Shown: piece by piece, positions 40,283-52,496 of the stretch
How the letters are laid out: the number at the start of each line of letters is the position of its first letter
How positions within the stretch are numbered: position 1 is the first letter of the stretch
NCBI GenBank assembly: GCA_050575255.1
Contig: JBNZDD010013714.1
Coordinates: 7,784,412-7,848,411 of the forward strand
Length of the DNA stretch: 64,000 bases
Source: Harriotta raleighana
Lineage: Eukaryota
Direction of reading: 5' to 3'
Program-made: the position numbers and the translations under genes
Notes under the pieces: model-generated
What the model saw: the letters and a program-made list of their open reading frames with translations, nothing else
Told to the model about the DNA's origin: nothing
Databases searched by the model: none

Positions 40283-40822
40283 TAATAATAATCCTTGCAT
40301 TTGACATAGCGCTTTTCATGTCTTCTATATGTCTCAAAGTGCTTCGTGGAATATACTGTAAAGTGAATTGACTGCATATTTGTGGGCAAAACACGGCAGC
40401 CAATTGCACATAGTAGTGTCCCACAAACAATCGTGGATTGAAATGATCAATTGTATTATTGTGTTTTTTTAGGGACAATTATTGTGGAGTAAGGAAACTT
40501 GCCCAAGGTTTCACCCTGCCTGGATTTGAACCCAGGTCTCATGCTTGCAAGATAAGTGCTTTTTACGTCTTCCAGATGTCTCAAAGCGCTTCACAGATTA
40601 TACTGTAAAGTGAATTGACTATATATGTGTGGGTGAAACGCCGCAGTCAATTGTGCACAGCTGTATTTCACAAACAGTCTTAGATTGAGTGACCTTTTTT
40701 TAAAGGGATTATTATCAGGCATGTGGAGTAAGGAAATTTACCCAAGGTTTCACCCTACCTGGAATCAATCCCAGATCTCTTGCTTGCAAGGCACGTACTG
40801 TAACCTTTGAGCTACAGGACTC
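40283..40822 (-). mobile_element. head-to-tail SINE family A dimer
   Basis: Two SINE bodies joined at ~40560 (aagtgct|ttttacgtc). A single outer head (40822) and a single outer tail (40283). Confidence 0.85.
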
Positions 40823-43276
40823 CTCGTTTGGCATACAATAGTAAGTAGGATTGAATTAACACCCTGCTCTACAATCAACAAGAAACTTCTCTTAAAAGGA
40901 CAAAGTACAAATATTTTGGGAAAAACTCTTTGGAAAATAGTATTTTTATGATTTAACAAACAAAACTTTGATAATAAAACAAAATCAGATGCAATTAAAC
41001 TGTGAATATCATGTGATGTCCAAGAGCACTGGATGGCAGATAATGATCAGTGTAGGTACAAGCTGATGGTGAACTCGGCCTTTTTTATAGATCAAAGTTC
41101 ATCTCGTGCTGATTTTCTGATTTTAATTTTCCTGATTTTTGTTCAGATTTATTCTTCCTGGTCTCTTTATGATTCATTTTTTCCCCTTGATTTACTCTCA
41201 CAATTCTTTTTTTTTCTTTCCTTTATGGGTGTATCTATCTTATAATTCAAAATATCTCTTCTTTCCAGTAACATTTCCTCTTCTTTTCCCTTCCAGGTCC
41301 CCTATTGCTGTTTGACTAAAGACAGAGAATTTCTCATGCTATAGAGGAATCACTGCCCTTAGGCAACTTGCCAGGCCTTGTAATTGTCTTTATGGCAACC
41401 ATCACTACTTCATGTTACTCCCATTCCCTCCAAGTCAGCACTGGAACCACCCATACCAGACATAATTCTTCCAATTTATTTGATATGCTGACCACTGTCA
41501 TGGATGCCAAAGACTTTTAGCTGCAAACACATCATTTCCATTGGCAAATCCTTGGCAATCCCTGGCCACTAACCATTGCCAGACGGGAAAGAATGTTTCT
41601 CCAAGCCACACAGTCTTTTGGTAATTTAGTGACAGCCGGGCAATCAGATCCCTGAAGCTAAATAGTGCATTAAGCATCTCTTTTTGGCAGCACTTTGGGG
41701 GATACATATCCAATTTCGGATGCTGGAGATGGCAAGGAACACACTGCCATGCTAAAGCATGAGAATCCCATTTATGTTCCCCAATAGCTTAGTCGATGAG
41801 CTTGACTTTTCAGGCTCAGATCTGTAAATGTCAGAATTAATAACATAAGCTTTGGTCCTGACTGTGAACATTGCATTTTATTCTCTGAGAGCCCCTGAGA
41901 TCAGAGATTTCCATACATAAGATTTAAATTATTTTAGGACCTTTATGTTCTTTCAACTTATTTTCTGTTTTGACCTTTTGTCTTCTTTACTTTCCTATTT
42001 CTATCTCTTTTTGATTCCTGGTTTGTTCTGTTGGAAAACAAATCTCCAGACTGTTAGCAGCATGGTTGGTGACTGGGGAATAAGTGAAATATTAAAATAT
42101 GGAGACAAACAGGTAAAGAGGCATTTAGCAGATGAGCATCAGAAACACATGAACAGATAAACAAAAATACCCTAATGTTTTGAGGTACTGTATTGTAGAT
42201 GAAGTACTTTTGTATTAAAGGTATTCTGTACTACACCATCATTTTTATCTAGGTTAGATAAACCATAACCTCATTTACTCCTTATTTAAGCAGATAAAAG
42301 GCAGTAGAAGTGAGTTTTCAGAAGAAACAATGGATGTTCTTTCTCAGAATCCATTTGGTGAAGAACACAACATGAATATGTTGGTTTAGTTCAGTGCCTT
42401 GGTAGGCATTATGCAAATGCAATTTGTTGTTGTCGGTAGTGGTGCTGTGATTTTGGCTGGTTGCAAATTAAAACATACAGAAACTCCATGATAATACCTC
42501 TTCTAAAGAGGTCTTACATCTGTCACCAGGCTGATGCCCATACTATTGAAGACCTGCATCACTAATTCATTTTCTCTATAATGCTGTGCTCTCCCTGGCA
42601 GTAGCACAGTCAATTCCTGCACCGTTCATTAATTTTTTCAATACACTGCACATCATGTTCTTTTGTAACGTTCACAGAATATCTGCCATAATTTACATTA
42701 ATGGTGCAATAGCACTAGTGCAATAACCATGACATTACAGGGAACCTTTGTATTTACTTCCAAACATTCTAGTTGTTATATTGTACATTTGTTCACACAT
42801 GAAATTAGAGACAGAACTAATGAACTGTGTGTAAACAAGATAGTAGTGTGTAAGCTAATGTATTGACTAACAGGAATCATTACAGAACAGTTCACAGATT
42901 TTAAGTTTTAAAAAGCAAAAGATAAAGATTAGCCATAATAAAAATGAACACACATATTACTTCAATGCAAATCTTAAAATTGGCTTCTTTTCATTTTTAA
43001 GTTGTACAGTTTTCAAAATTGTAATTAGACATAATTTCTGACTACATTAGGAAAAGTGTAGTTTTCACATTGTATTTCGTCAATGTCCTGGTGATGGATA
43101 TGGATAGGATGTACCCCAGGGCAGATGTGAATTTTCTGGGAGTCGAAAGAAGTTTGACTTTATAAATTTAGCCAGTCAGCTGTCAGTCACCTCCTCTCCC
43201 AACACGGCTGCCCACCCAAGTTTCATGACCATTACTATGCCATTCAAACCTAAGATAAATATATTAACAACGACGA

Positions 43277-43345
43277 CTGTTCAGCGCCTTGGGAAGTCCT
43301 CCAATGTGAAAGGTGCTCTATAAATTTAATTTTGTCATGGTTGTT
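43277..43345 (+). mobile_element. short L2-type tail (family B)
   Basis: ctgttcagcgccttgggaagtcctccaatgtgaaaggtgctctataaatttaattttg. Confidence 0.75.
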
Positions 43346-43385
43346 ATTAAAGAAATCCTCATCATAATGTCTCTGATCAGCAGCA

Positions 43386-43459
43386 ACAACAACAGCAACA
43401 AAATTACACTTGTAAAGCGCCTTTCACGTCGGGAGGACGTCCCAAAGCGCTGAACAGAA
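43386..43459 (-). mobile_element. short L2-type tail (family B) with 11-bp TSD
   Basis: rc ctgttcagcgctttgggacgtcctcccgacgtgaaaggcgc. GATCAGCAGCA at 43375-43385 and 43460-43470. Confidence 0.85.
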
Positions 43460-44641
43460 GATCAGCAGCATTTTTATCGAGTACCAATTGCATGGCCTTT
43501 AGAAAGGTTTTAACACATTGATCATTTTTGTTTGTGGATAACCATGAGCTGAAATTCTACCTTGTTTTTTTTAGACCTAAGCCATTTGATTAAAATTTCA
43601 GAGCACACAAAACTTGATAATTTTGAATTAATTTTGAGGCTAATTTGTTTAACTGTTTTAAGACCCACAAAAAACACCTTCTATTTCTGTAATGTTAATG
43701 ATGTATGGAATAGTTTGCATCCCCGGTATTAAAAGACCACATTTGCTGATTTAAAACTAGCACGGTTCAAGATACCTGTGGGAGAAGAATCCCTTCTCTG
43801 TACCAAATGAGTATGAAACATTTCCGAGCAACACATGAAAATAATAATAGAATTTTTAAAAAATGGAAGACATGAAAAGCGCTACATCAAATGCAAGGAT
43901 TATTATTAATAATACCAAGTTAATCAAGCGATAACAGTAATATCGAGGCCAATGCATCTAAAGTAATTGTCGCACCTCATTGAACAGATGCTTCCAAAGA
44001 TTCAGATCAGTTTGCTCTAAAAACTATCAAAACTGTATCCTGTTAAAGTTACAATTAAAAACTTTTTTCATCTATGCCAATCAGTTTGGGATAGCACTGC
44101 ACATAAGAGTTTGGCTAACATTATAAACAGCAGTGATAATATTCTGACCTCCATTAATCAGTCTGACAGGATCCAAGACTTCTCTGGCGCTTCCTTGCTT
44201 GGCAAGTTTAGTCACAACGGTTGATTGCAGACTTTAATTAGATACTTTGGCAACTAAACTGGTTCTTGCAGAGGAGAGAAAACGTGTCATGTTTTTAAGT
44301 GACTCCACCACCTGGAGCAAAGTAGAATGTAGCAAATATTCTTTTTAAGAACTGCAAAAACCTNGTGACACCACCTGGAGCAAAGTAGAATGTAGCAAAT
44401 ATTCTTTTTAAGAACTGCAAAAACCTGGCTTTCAAGTTAATACTAAACTTAATTCTACGTGATAATAAATTTGAAGGCAAAATTATCAAACGGGTTAAGA
44501 TGAGGTGAATTTTGAGGTGTTTGAGGTGAGCTGGGTTGTTGCCTTTGTTGTTCCAATTGTTTCCAAGATTCTTGACAGGACTAGATTTTATTCCAAGCTT
44601 CCACTTGGAATTTAAAAAATCAGCCTAACATTATCTTGTCA

Positions 44642-44747
44642 GAAACAAAAACAGAAATCGCTGGGAACACTCAGCAGGTCAGGCAGCATCTATGGAGAAA
44701 GGAGAACTGAGTCAATGTTTCAGGTCCACGACCCTTCATCAGAACCT
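44642..44747 (-). mobile_element. second copy of the hammerhead-bearing ~100-nt element, 14-bp TSD (1 mismatch)
   Basis: Reverse complement AGGTT-CTGATGA-A-GGGTC(gtg)GACCT-GAAACAT-T-GACTC...GATGCTGCCTGACCTGCTGAGT...CCAGC. Flanks ACATTATCTTGTCA 44628-44641 and ACATAATCTTGTCA 44748-44761. Confidence 0.75.
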
Positions 44748-44886
44748 ACATAATCTTGTCACTCGTACTAGTTGCCTCCCCTTGTGTCTTGTTTGTAAGG
44801 TATGTGTATGTGACCTCTTTATTATGCTACTGATCGGATGCAATGATCTTTGTTTGGATCTGATCGTGCTATTGATACAATATATA

Positions 44887-44938
44887 CAACAACAAAATTA
44901 TATTTATAGAGCGGGTTTCACGTCGGGAGGACGTCCTG
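44887..44938 (-). mobile_element. short L2-type tail (family B)
   Basis: caacaacaaaattatatttatagagcgggtttcacgtcgggaggacgtcc. Confidence 0.7.
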
Positions 44939-47299
44939 AAAATATAGCCAGTTTTGCCCACAAAATATGCAGTCTTTGAATCAAACCAAGTGTAGTTATT
45001 TATCACGGGGAGGTTAAAAAATAAACAAAGAACTTTTGCAAATTCTCTTTCACTAACATTTACAAATAGCCTAGAAGTCACATATGTACAGCTGCCTATG
45101 ATTCCAGACTCTCTTGTATGCAATTAACCCCATTCCAATGAGTTTGTTGTGAATATTAACTGATGTCTTCCCTTTTTCAGTATATCCCAGCAACAAAGGC
45201 AAATGAAATCCACATAAACAATTTTTTTTAAGCTTCATTAAGTACAAAACTCCTTCCAATGCTGGAACACATAATTTATTCTGAATCTGAAATTGCAGGT
45301 TAAGATTACTTTCAGACAGGACAAGACAAGGGCTATTGTGTAAGATATAAACTAAAAGCTCAATTTGTATGTAACACTTTACACAACCCTCAAGTTCTGT
45401 CATGTAGATATGGTTGATAATAGCAATATCTATTTATGCACTTTATGTATTGATCACTTTTCCCGGCTAGCGTTTATTACATGCGTGACAAAGCTTAATA
45501 AAATGGAAAGCCAAGGTTGTGAAAATCTAGACTTTGCTATTCAATGAATTTACCGAGAAGATATTCAATGTCAAAGCTCATTACCTAAACATCAGTGGAT
45601 AATGAAAGCATCCTCTGCATTTGTTCTGTACGGATTCACACAACAGTTAGCTTTATATTTACTCTGGGAGGGGAAAAATCAACGATAATTTGTGCTGCTA
45701 AAGGCTATTCAGAGCCTTTTGTTGGAAGGTATGAGAGTATGTAGGTCAACGGAAAGAATCGGGCTTGACTGTCATAGTCCTTGTGGTGAAAGCTTACCAG
45801 CAGTCACAGTCAAGACTCACACATGAATAAATGTACTTGAATGAAAGTCCAGTAGATGGGTTACCAGAAATCCCATGAATAAAGTCCACTTGGATAAGAT
45901 ACCAAGATTCTGTGAAATCATACCTGAACAGTATGAAAAATCTGAATGAAACCACCATCAGAAAAGGAGAATAGTCACACAAAAAAGACCGTTTGGAATA
46001 TAGTAAGAATAGTCTTCTCTCTAGTAATATCATCTTTGTAAGTTTAATGAACCCTCCAAAATACACTTTAGCAACTGTGTGATGAAGAGAAGAAATACAA
46101 GATATAAATATGTTTCTTTTATTAATGAAAACGAATACTAGTTTCATTGTTAGTTAAACACATTATTCGGAATCCTTCAATCATAACGGAATGGGGGACC
46201 TGTCAATCACATTCTTTTTGTAATTTTAATTTAATTAACTGTTAAAAGATGGGAAATGTTAAAAGCATTGTCCAATCTCCAACTTATTTTCTCTTTGCTT
46301 AAGTAAAGTACTTCACAATCTATGAATACAGCACAATCTCCTGAAATTGCATTTTTATAGCAAGAGAGAGAAGAAACTTGAGTCCGTATCCAGAGATGTA
46401 CGAGAGACACATTAGTCATTTATATCATCTGCAGTGCTTTTTCATTCATATATACTGTAGTCCCCATGGTGATAGTCTTTGACCATACTTTAGTATTCAC
46501 AAGAAGTAGTTGATTAGTGCTCTAAACTGCTATTCCCGATGTGTGCACAAGCTTGGAAGCGGATTTAAATATAGCTTTCATATATTAAAAAGGGCAGATC
46601 CACTTTCATGGAAGTAGAGGACAGTGTTTCACCTCATATTTTGCAAGTTACCAATAAAGGTACTCTATAGATGGAGAAGTCTTTCAGCAAACATTGACTG
46701 GTTTTGTAATGAAAAATTTCCTCTCCTGATGCTTGCCTTTGAAGCACAATAATTGCCAAGTTATCTAAGTACTGTAATTCAAAGAAAACTCTAATTTAAT
46801 TACAGCTGTGACTAAACTGGAAGGTCACTTAACATTGTAGTATTGTTTTTCGTTGTCTAATTTAGCAGAACTGCATTTGTAAAAATAGCCCTCGCTCTTT
46901 CTCTAATTGTACTTTTTCTTTTCTTTTAAAACTTTTTTAAAAAATACATGGTAGAACTTCTGAATGTTTGCCATTTCTTTCTTGGACTTTTCTGATTCTG
47001 AATCCATGCCTGAAGACAAAACTAACAGTTCAAAGATCATTAAAAATATTACACTTTAATTTGGTTGCTTGTCACAGTTACTCTCTGGATTTATCCATTT
47101 AAATAGGAATTCTAAAATACTCTGAATGTGGTTACCGTTCTGTTAGTAAATGTCTCATTTGATCAATTAGTATTATTACTAAAATGCAGTGGTATCTAGC
47201 TATAATCAATTTCACTTGGCAACACGCTTTGTAGCTTGGTGATAGTCTCTCCTTTCAGTTACAAATCCCTATTTATGTGATCTGAATTCCTTATTTCAT

Positions 47300-47600
47300 A
47301 AAGGAGCAACCAGACGGACTCAGGAACTATTAAGTGAGAAGAGGTGAACATGTTCTCAGTAGACGACTGAGGAGGTCCATGATCCAAGACTTTAAAATGC
47401 TAAAAGGCATAGATAATATAGATGTCAGTAGTCTATTTAACATATACCATGAAAGCAGGACTTGATAGAATTGGTTTAAATTAAAAAAGCCCCAAGCAAG
47501 ACTAAAGATTTGAGTAGTGGATATGTGGAACAGACTCCAAACAAAGCAGTAATAGCTGTGTGGATGAAATATGACAAGTATCTACTTGACAACAGCGTTG
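47300..47600 (+). mobile_element. old degenerate CR1-like ORF2 C-terminal fragment
   Basis: Degenerate RRLRxxMIxxFKMLKGIDNIDVSSLFNIYHESRT...FKL...VVDMWNRL. Confidence 0.6.
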
Positions 47601-48166
47601 GAGTGTATAGGAATAGGTACAAATTGAATAATCCATGAAACGCTGAATATGTTTTGCTGCTATGGTTAAGAAAAATGGTAAATTAACATTGTTTGTGGAG
47701 GAAAAGAGGCTTGAGTGGTAAATTCACTCTTGTATGCGAAAAATTCCATTGGCTTTGCTTGATTAACTTTGGAGTTTATATAATTAGCTCCCCAGAGATA
47801 CAGTAGGTGGGACGATCATCACGACAAAATTACATTTTGTTCTTATTATTGGGCAATGCAGTGAGTTTGATCACAGCAGTTTCCCTGGCCACACCTCAAT
47901 TTAACTCTAGCATAGATTAAACATTTTACATTAGCAAGGTGGGGGAAGGCTCAATCCTATTCTAATATATTTAAACCCACAACATAAATGTACCATCATT
48001 CAATATTATTAGACATGATACCAGTAGACTCATTCAAAAAAGGCACATAGATGACTGTACTGTGAAAAATAAATGTCGCTGACATAGTAAAGGCTCCTTT
48101 TATAGGTTTTTAGTTAGGGAATGTTTTTGGTCTGGCAAAGAGAAGAATATAATGAAGAGTAATATA

Positions 48167-48422
48167 TAATAATAATCTTTGCATTTGATATAGTGCTTTT
48201 TCACATCTTATCGACGTCTCAAAGCGCTTCATAGAATATACTGGAAAGTGAAATTGACTTATATTTATGGGTGAAACAAAGCAGCCAATTGCGCACAGCA
48301 GTGTCCCACAAATGAACAATTTATTATTATTGTGTTTTTTGGGGGAAGGATTATTATTAGATGTGTGGAGTAAGGGAATTTGCCCAAGGTTTCACCCTGA
48401 TCTGCCTGGATTCGAACACAAG
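48167..48422 (-). mobile_element. SINE family A (partly duplicated again at 48585-48693)
   Basis: Tail, Deu core and B-box region on the reverse strand. Confidence 0.9.
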
Positions 48423-49436
48423 ATAACTACTGTATATATAATGCTTAGAATTACATTGTTGGAAGCAAATATTTTCTTCAGACTTCACATTAATATTATT
48501 TACCTGGAAAAGCTACACTTTAGATGTGAGGAACAAAGAGAATTGGTCCCTTTGAATAGTACATCCAGGACCTTGGTATAGCTNTGAACAATTTATTATT
48601 ATTGTGTTTTTTGGGGGAAGGATTATTATTAGATGTGTGGAGTAAGGGAATTTGCCCAAGGTTTCACCCTGATCTGCCTGGATTCGAACACAAGATAACT
48701 ACTGTATATATAATGCTTAGAATTACATTGTTGGAAGCAAATATTTTCTTCAGACTTCACATTAATATTATTTACCTGGAAAAGCTACACTTTAGATGTG
48801 AGGAGCAAAGAGAATTGGTCCCTTTGAATAGTACATCCAGGACCTTGGTATAGCTTTACTTCATACTATATAATTTGTTCAGTGGAACCGTGTGTATAGG
48901 TAGAAAAAATGTCAAAATAAGTCGAAAAAATGATGTGCACTTTTTTTGAAAACAATAATAGCTATGCAAGGCAAGAGTTCAAGTCATATTTTTTTTAAAC
49001 CACAGAAAGATGGTGAAGCGAATGAACGAGTCTCATTAACAAATCAGCCAGTGGCAAAGTAAGTTGTACATTGTTGTTTCTGATACATAAACAATAATTG
49101 AAAGGAAGGTGATTGGAAGCTTAATGAGACTGCCAGTAAATGGCTTGTTGCATGTTATATAAATGTACTAAAAAGGGCACTTCACAACTATTTTCACAAT
49201 ATTCAGTATGTAAAGGTCATTTGATGAACTAGATGCTTCATAAAAACAGAGTTTCAGAATGCCGTGGATAAACTATGGGGGGCGGGGGGGGGAAGAAAAT
49301 CACAAAGCTTCAAGAGGAATTTGATGCAAGCAAATTTTGAGTTTCCTTTGAAGATTATTCTCTGTTCATACATTGTCATCACTGGTGTTAAATGATTTTG
49401 ATCAGTGTGAGGAAATGGTGAGTTTTCAAAAAGTGA

Positions 49437-49552
49437 GTTTTCCTTACCATTATTTATAACCTGTCCAAAAAGGTTTTCCTAGACATTCCAAATATAAATA
49501 TATGACTAGGAAAAACTTTTTGGACAGGTTACAAATAGTGGCAAGGAAAAAC
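49437..49552. repeat. long inverted repeat (~50-bp arms, 15-nt loop)
   Basis: 49437-49486 versus rc of 49502-49552: 5 mismatches and 1 indel. Confidence 0.9.
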
Positions 49553-49623
49553 CCTGCTCAGTAATTAATGACTGTTAAGTTTGATTATTGTGTATTTGGA
49601 AGTGAACTAAATTTACACTTAGC

Positions 49624-49845
49624 AATAATAATAATAATCATTGCATTTGATATAGCGCTTTTCACGTCTTCGAGACGTCTCAAAGCACTTCACAGAATAT
49701 ACTATGAAGTGAATTCCCTGTATGTTTTGGTGGGTGAAACAGCAGTGAGCCACAAACAGTCATAGATTGAAATTTTTTAGGAGGGGATTATTATTAGGCA
49801 TGTAAATTAAGGAAACTTGCCCAGGAAAGTGCTCTAACCGCTGAA
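49624..49845 (-). mobile_element. SINE family A with internal deletions
   Basis: Tail, partial Deu core, partial head aagtgctctaaccgctga. Confidence 0.85.
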
Positions 49846-52186
49846 ATGATGACACAGAAATTGTTTCATTCTCCCATGAAATGCTGCCTTATCAGTGCAT
49901 ATAGAGGAAGTCAGTTTGGTTTGTGTGATATAAAAATATTATTATTATTTGTGTAATATCAAAAGCAAAACATAATACTGTACTGTTTTATTGAATGTGT
50001 GTGGTTTCATGTGCATGTTTGCCCACAATAAGATATTTCTTCTCTGGTCAAGCAAACATTAACAGCAATACTTACTAAAGGCTTGCACAAGCAATAATTA
50101 ATTCACTTACTCATACCACTGAAGTGCCTTGATGGCCAAGTGCCCAAATATTAAACTGTCACACAGCAGTATGTGTAGTGTAGTAGTACTTCCATTTAGT
50201 GGTTTATTTTGAAACTTCTCAAATCTTTTTACAGTGTTTTTGTAAAGATGTTAAAGAATAATGCAACTAGCTCTGAGTGAAAAGTATTCAGCACTGAAAA
50301 TATAAATATATAAATTTTATGAAATTTTGGGAACAAGCAACTCTATGCTTCTTTTAACAAATCATCATGATGTACAAATTATGCAAAACGGATTGCAATT
50401 AATTGTAAGATCCCAAAGAGATTTTAAATTTCTGTGGACTACAAATTTAGTGACATCTCATAAATTAATCTGTTATTTCAGTGCATTTGTTTACAAACAA
50501 CTGCTCAGTGCACATAAAAACTGCAAATGCTTGCAATTAATTTTGTATTCATAGTTGTTTTCTAGTCAATTTAAATAAAGCTGACAAGAGTACAATGATT
50601 TTACATGTGAAAAAAATGCTGATATATACCATAGTAAAAAAAACAAAGCTTTGCCAGAAACTGTAAATGTTCTAACAATTCAGGTAGTTTGTCAATACAA
50701 TTCATGCTTTTGAGCTAACTTACACACAGATCACTGCAATCTCTCAAGGGTTCTAAGGCAAAAAAAACACTTATTACTAAGCATCAGTCTCTGGAGATTG
50801 CTTGCTTTAGTTTTATTTAACTCCTGTTTAAAGCCAAATTTTTAGTAGTGTGTTTCTGGCACTCTACTCTCAGATATTCACTTTTAAGTATAACCATGCA
50901 TAAAAATGAAATACTCTATTTAATAGCCTTTCTGTAGAGTATAAATATAGTATTTAGCCCTTTCATATTTATTAAGCAAGCTGAGTTCTGAAGTCTTGCT
51001 ATCTAAATTACTTATAATTTGGAAAATATTAGTTGTTTTGCTGAAAATAATTTGTGTACTTCTTAGTACCGTCAGAGAAATAAAAAGAGATTTTGTATGT
51101 GCTGTGAATTTGCTACCTTGAGGAAATCTCTTCACATCCATACAGAAGATCATAAATAACAAACTTGTTGTTTTTGCCAAATCAGCAATTTGTATAAACA
51201 AAAAAATCAATACCAGTAAACATTAATCTTCTAACTGAAGATACTTCTAGTATTTTCTGCACTGCTCTGCAATCACTCACAGAATTTCTTCCAGGTTTCA
51301 GTGAAGTGAAAACTGTGCGGGCACAATTGGCTTTCGTTGTGAGTACGACATTACATTTTATTAGCCTCTGAAGTAGAATTACAGCTCTTCCAAGTACCAT
51401 TGTAGTTTATGTGGATTTTGTCAAATGTTGAACTGACGATTCACTGCACGGTGTATGGCTCTTCAAAATAAGTTTCAACAAGTACAAGTTTAGCTTAATC
51501 AGTGACATAGCACATCATATGAAATGTCCTGTGATGTGACAAACATACTCCCAGTTTGAGCAGTTAATTGTAGCAGCACTATGGAGGCCTGGATGAACAA
51601 GAGGCTAAGGAAGAAGACTGGAGGTGAAAGAGCTACTCAATTACAGTGGAAATTATCATAGGAATTTAAGAACTTTGAAATTAGTGGATCAAAGGAAAAG
51701 GTGATCATGCATGAGCTGTGGAGGGAACAGACTTAATAAGCAGAACAAGATTTCTTGTTCCAGATTTTATTAACTTCTTTTTTATACAGTGGCATTTTTC
51801 AAATCACAGGAAAGATATTATTCATCCTGTGGAGAGAACTGTAGCAGGAAAGTTGTAACAGAAACTTCTCATTGTGAGCAACAGATGACCAGCTCAAATG
51901 TACTGAGCATTTCCACTTTCACATTAACTGAATGCTTAATGAACATATTGGAGTATGGCATTGTTCCGTTTAATCACAAACTTCAACAGTCTTTCTAGAC
52001 AGATGATCTGATACATGTCGAAGTCTGACTCATTCAATTACATTTGCCGAGTTATTGTAGACAAGTTGCCTTATTTTGAATTGAATATACATTTTTTAAA
52101 ATTATAGTTCTATATGCTGTATTTTGCTTTGCAAGCGGTAGTTATTTCTCCAATTAACAATTGTGCACTATTTATGAAGTGTCTTA

Positions 52187-52496
52187 AATAATAATCCTTA
52201 CATTTGATAGAGCTTTTCATGACTTCAACGTCTCAAAGTATTTCACAGAATATACTAGAAAGTGAATAGACTATATATTTGTGTGTGAAATGCGGCAGTC
52301 AATTGCGAACAGCAGTGTCCCACAAAAAAGCCGTGGATTGAAATGTCCAATTTATTACAGGTTTCATTTTTGGATGGATTATTATTAGGCATGTGGAGTA
52401 AGGAAACTTGCCCAAGGTTTTCCCCTGACCTGCCTAGATTCGGACACAGGTCTCATGCTTGTAAGGCAAGTGCTCTAATCACTGAACTACAAGACT
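52187..52496 (-). mobile_element. SINE family A, full length
   Basis: rc head gtcttgtagttcagtgattagagcac, Deu core, tail. Confidence 0.9.

Noticed and set aside
49855-49892. ttctcccatgaaatgctgcctt, resembling the tail of the hammerhead mini-element
   Set aside because: Too short. No ribozyme core or TSD visible.
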